A stretch of DNA of 51,846 bases, counting the filler, from Bipalium vagum (Eukaryota), in NCBI GenBank assembly GCA_037834085.1. It is 3 parts of 3 records of this genome, joined end to end, with 100 filler letters (N's around TTAATTAATTAA, not from the genome) between each part and the next. Parts side by side here need not be neighbours in the genome. Positions count along the whole stretch, not along the records: positions 35,015 to 51,846 come from JBBMKC010091185.1; 2 more parts are not named here. One strand, written 5' to 3'. The translations under genes and the position numbers were made by a program. The notes beneath the pieces were generated by a model that saw only the letters and a list, made by a program, of their open reading frames with translations, had not been told where the DNA came from and searched no databases. Positions 49,625-51,846 of this stretch are shown here, piece after piece. How positions within the stretch are numbered: position 1 is the first letter of the stretch; each line of letters opens with the position of its first letter.

Positions 49625-49850
49625 GCATTCCTATTGGCTGACGACAGCCACTGAATAATGCCGTTGTGGAGTGACGTAGTCGTGCTGTTGTCATAATGAT
49701 TATTTTCACAATGTTTACCAATTCATTTGCCGCTCCTGATAACCATTGTCGCTTGACAGTGACGTTCTCGACTTGGTCGCTGACGAATAATTATTGCAGC
49801 TGACAACTTTCGCCAATCAGCTGCCGGCTTTTGTCATCGTATCTGTGTGA
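49625..49850. promoter_or_regulatory. GC/CpG-elevated block with clustered transcription-factor-like motifs
   Basis: ATTGG/CCAAT (x3), TGACGT (x2), TGACAG and CAGCTG (x2) occur within ~220 bp in otherwise very AT-rich DNA. No long ORF spans the block. Confidence 0.4.
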
Positions 49851-50819
49851 CACAAAAAATATAAATAAATTTTGTATATATAATATATACATATTTGATG
49901 TATACATAATTAATTGAAAATTAATACTGTTCACTGAGATGTGGACTACCTCTTCTGGAAAGTAAATAATGAAATATTTATTCTCATTAAACAGTTTCTC
50001 AATGGACCTGGTTAGTGATAAATGAATATTATGACAAAAGTAATAAAAGTACACAAGAAATTATTGATAAATAATAAATCGGTCTGGTAATCACCAATGT
50101 TGGATATGTTGTTCCTTGTGATGTCCGATGTTGTTGTTTTGATAGAATTGATGTTAATAACGGATATCTCGTCTGTATACTCTTGTTATATATGAATTAG
50201 TTTTGTTGATGAAGTCTTTAGTGTCTGAAAATATTAATTAATAAGATTATAACTATCACACAGTTTTCAGTATTAACTTGTGGCGTTTATGAAATTCTGT
50301 AGGAAAAATGATTTTTTTTCATTATAGTAATGTTTTCTCCCTTATCTTTTGAACTACCCTACATTCGGAGTCTGGCAGAACAAAGTTTCTGTACATTAAG
50401 AAATCCTTAAGATTATAGAGAGACAAGATTTTTTTAGAAGTGAAGAATTATTAAAAGAATGAAATCTTACGGAATATCAATTATAAAATCGTCCCTTGTG
50501 ATATTTTAAGGTATCTATAGCCCGTTTAAAAGAATATCTTAGAATGAATCGATGACATTATTGTTGTATTTAGTGAAAGAAACTTTGGAAAGGATGTGGA
50601 ATACATTGGTTCTTGTGGATATGATCGGTTCAGATGTCTTAGATTTAGTTAAAAACAGTTTATTTTAAATTATTCTTTTCGGATACTCACTAATTATCAC
50701 TCACATATGTAGAGCCTATCTAATTCTACTTATATTTATTAAGATTTCACTTATGTAATGTCCAAATACGTAATAAACAAAAAAAAATAAAACTCCAATA
50801 AAATTTGTATTTAATTAAA

Positions 50820-51200
50820 ATATTCACCATTGGATTCTACATATTTCCCCCATCTAGACGCTATTTTCAGAATTTCACTTGCATAAAATCTGAATTTCTG
50901 GAGTCCATAAATTCGGATATGGCAATTTCGACATCAACCTAATCATCAATAATTCATTGAAGCAAGAAATTATCCAATTTGTTTAAAAATGGTGATCGGT
51001 CTGGTGACTAAGGCGGATGTGGTAAAATTTCAATATTTTATTTCACCTTTTATATAGTCTTCTTTGCCAAGTGATTGTACATTGTCATGCAACATAACAT
51101 AATGATATTTATTTGTAAGACAATTAGGTCCGAATTCGTTATCTTTTTGCAATTCATGGTTTTTATGATATGATTCTTCAATTTTCCCTTACAAAAATTG
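50820..51200 (-). mobile_element. Mariner transposase 3' remnant
   Basis: Motifs are MLHDNVQS, EILPHPP*SPD, KQLDNFL and SRWGKYVESNGEYF. Confidence 0.8.
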
Positions 51201-51846
51201 ATCAGTCATCATTCATCATCTATTTCTAGCATTTATTATATGTCATTCATTGTCAGCATTCTGGCAACCATCCCTAATCATTATACCCGCAACGATTTTA
51301 TTAATTAAAACACAATTTATGATCAATTGCGCAACCAAAGAAAGATAAGTCAGTTTCAAATTATCAAACCTATGGGTGAGGATGTATTTAGTGCAGTACA
51401 TATAAATTAAGGGAGAACAAGATTTCAAAATTAATAATTTCCCAAAAATTTTAATAGTTAAAAATATTTTAAAAGGGTTAAATTAATTCAGATATTTAAA
51501 ATAATAAAATTTAGAACCGCTTAATAATTTGTTTTAATTCAGAAAAGAAAAACGGCAATTAACTGAAAAAATCAATAATTCTACAGGCGTCAAAGTCAAA
51601 ATAAACATGAAATCAATTTTAAACCAAAATTAATTAGGATTTACGGAGTTTGCTGAAGACTTTTTGATAGGATTTGGATTTCTTTACTTTTCATGAAGAT
51701 ATTTTTCGAAAAGTAGGCAAAAATGATTATAATAATGATAATAAAAAATGATTAACAAAGTTAATAATATGTTCAATATTTAGGGTATCAAATTTAAACC
51801 TGACTCCAAAATCTTAGGTGGTACAAATCAAAACAATCAGTAAAGC

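Overview
This is AT-rich eukaryotic (animal-type) genomic DNA. It has two 100-nt scaffold gaps (16347-16446, 34915-35014), each containing an artificial TTAATTAATTAA spacer. Five spliced housekeeping genes can be rebuilt by hand with GT-AG introns: a divergent alpha-tubulin (-), SNRNP27 (+), MED22 (-), TFIIE-beta/GTF2E2 (-) and ARS2/SRRT (-). Most introns are 31-66 nt. The rest is dense decayed mobile DNA: several Tc1/mariner groups, a Merlin element with an 8-bp TSD, Penelope-like, Polinton-integrase and Ty3/gypsy remnants, several solo-LTR-like families, and a GC-rich R2-type non-LTR element. Two observations stand out. First, the alpha-tubulin has an intact ORF but carries Gln at the catalytic E254 position, lacks K40 and has an extended acidic tail. 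Second, the R2-type element lies outside rDNA, is 5'-intact and 3'-truncated, and has an HDV-like ribozyme fold in its 5' UTR plus a downstream 10-nt complement that could switch it off. Tiny introns and divergent proteins suggest a fast-evolving, possibly parasitic animal lineage; this is inference only. All assignments come from motif recognition, without database searches.
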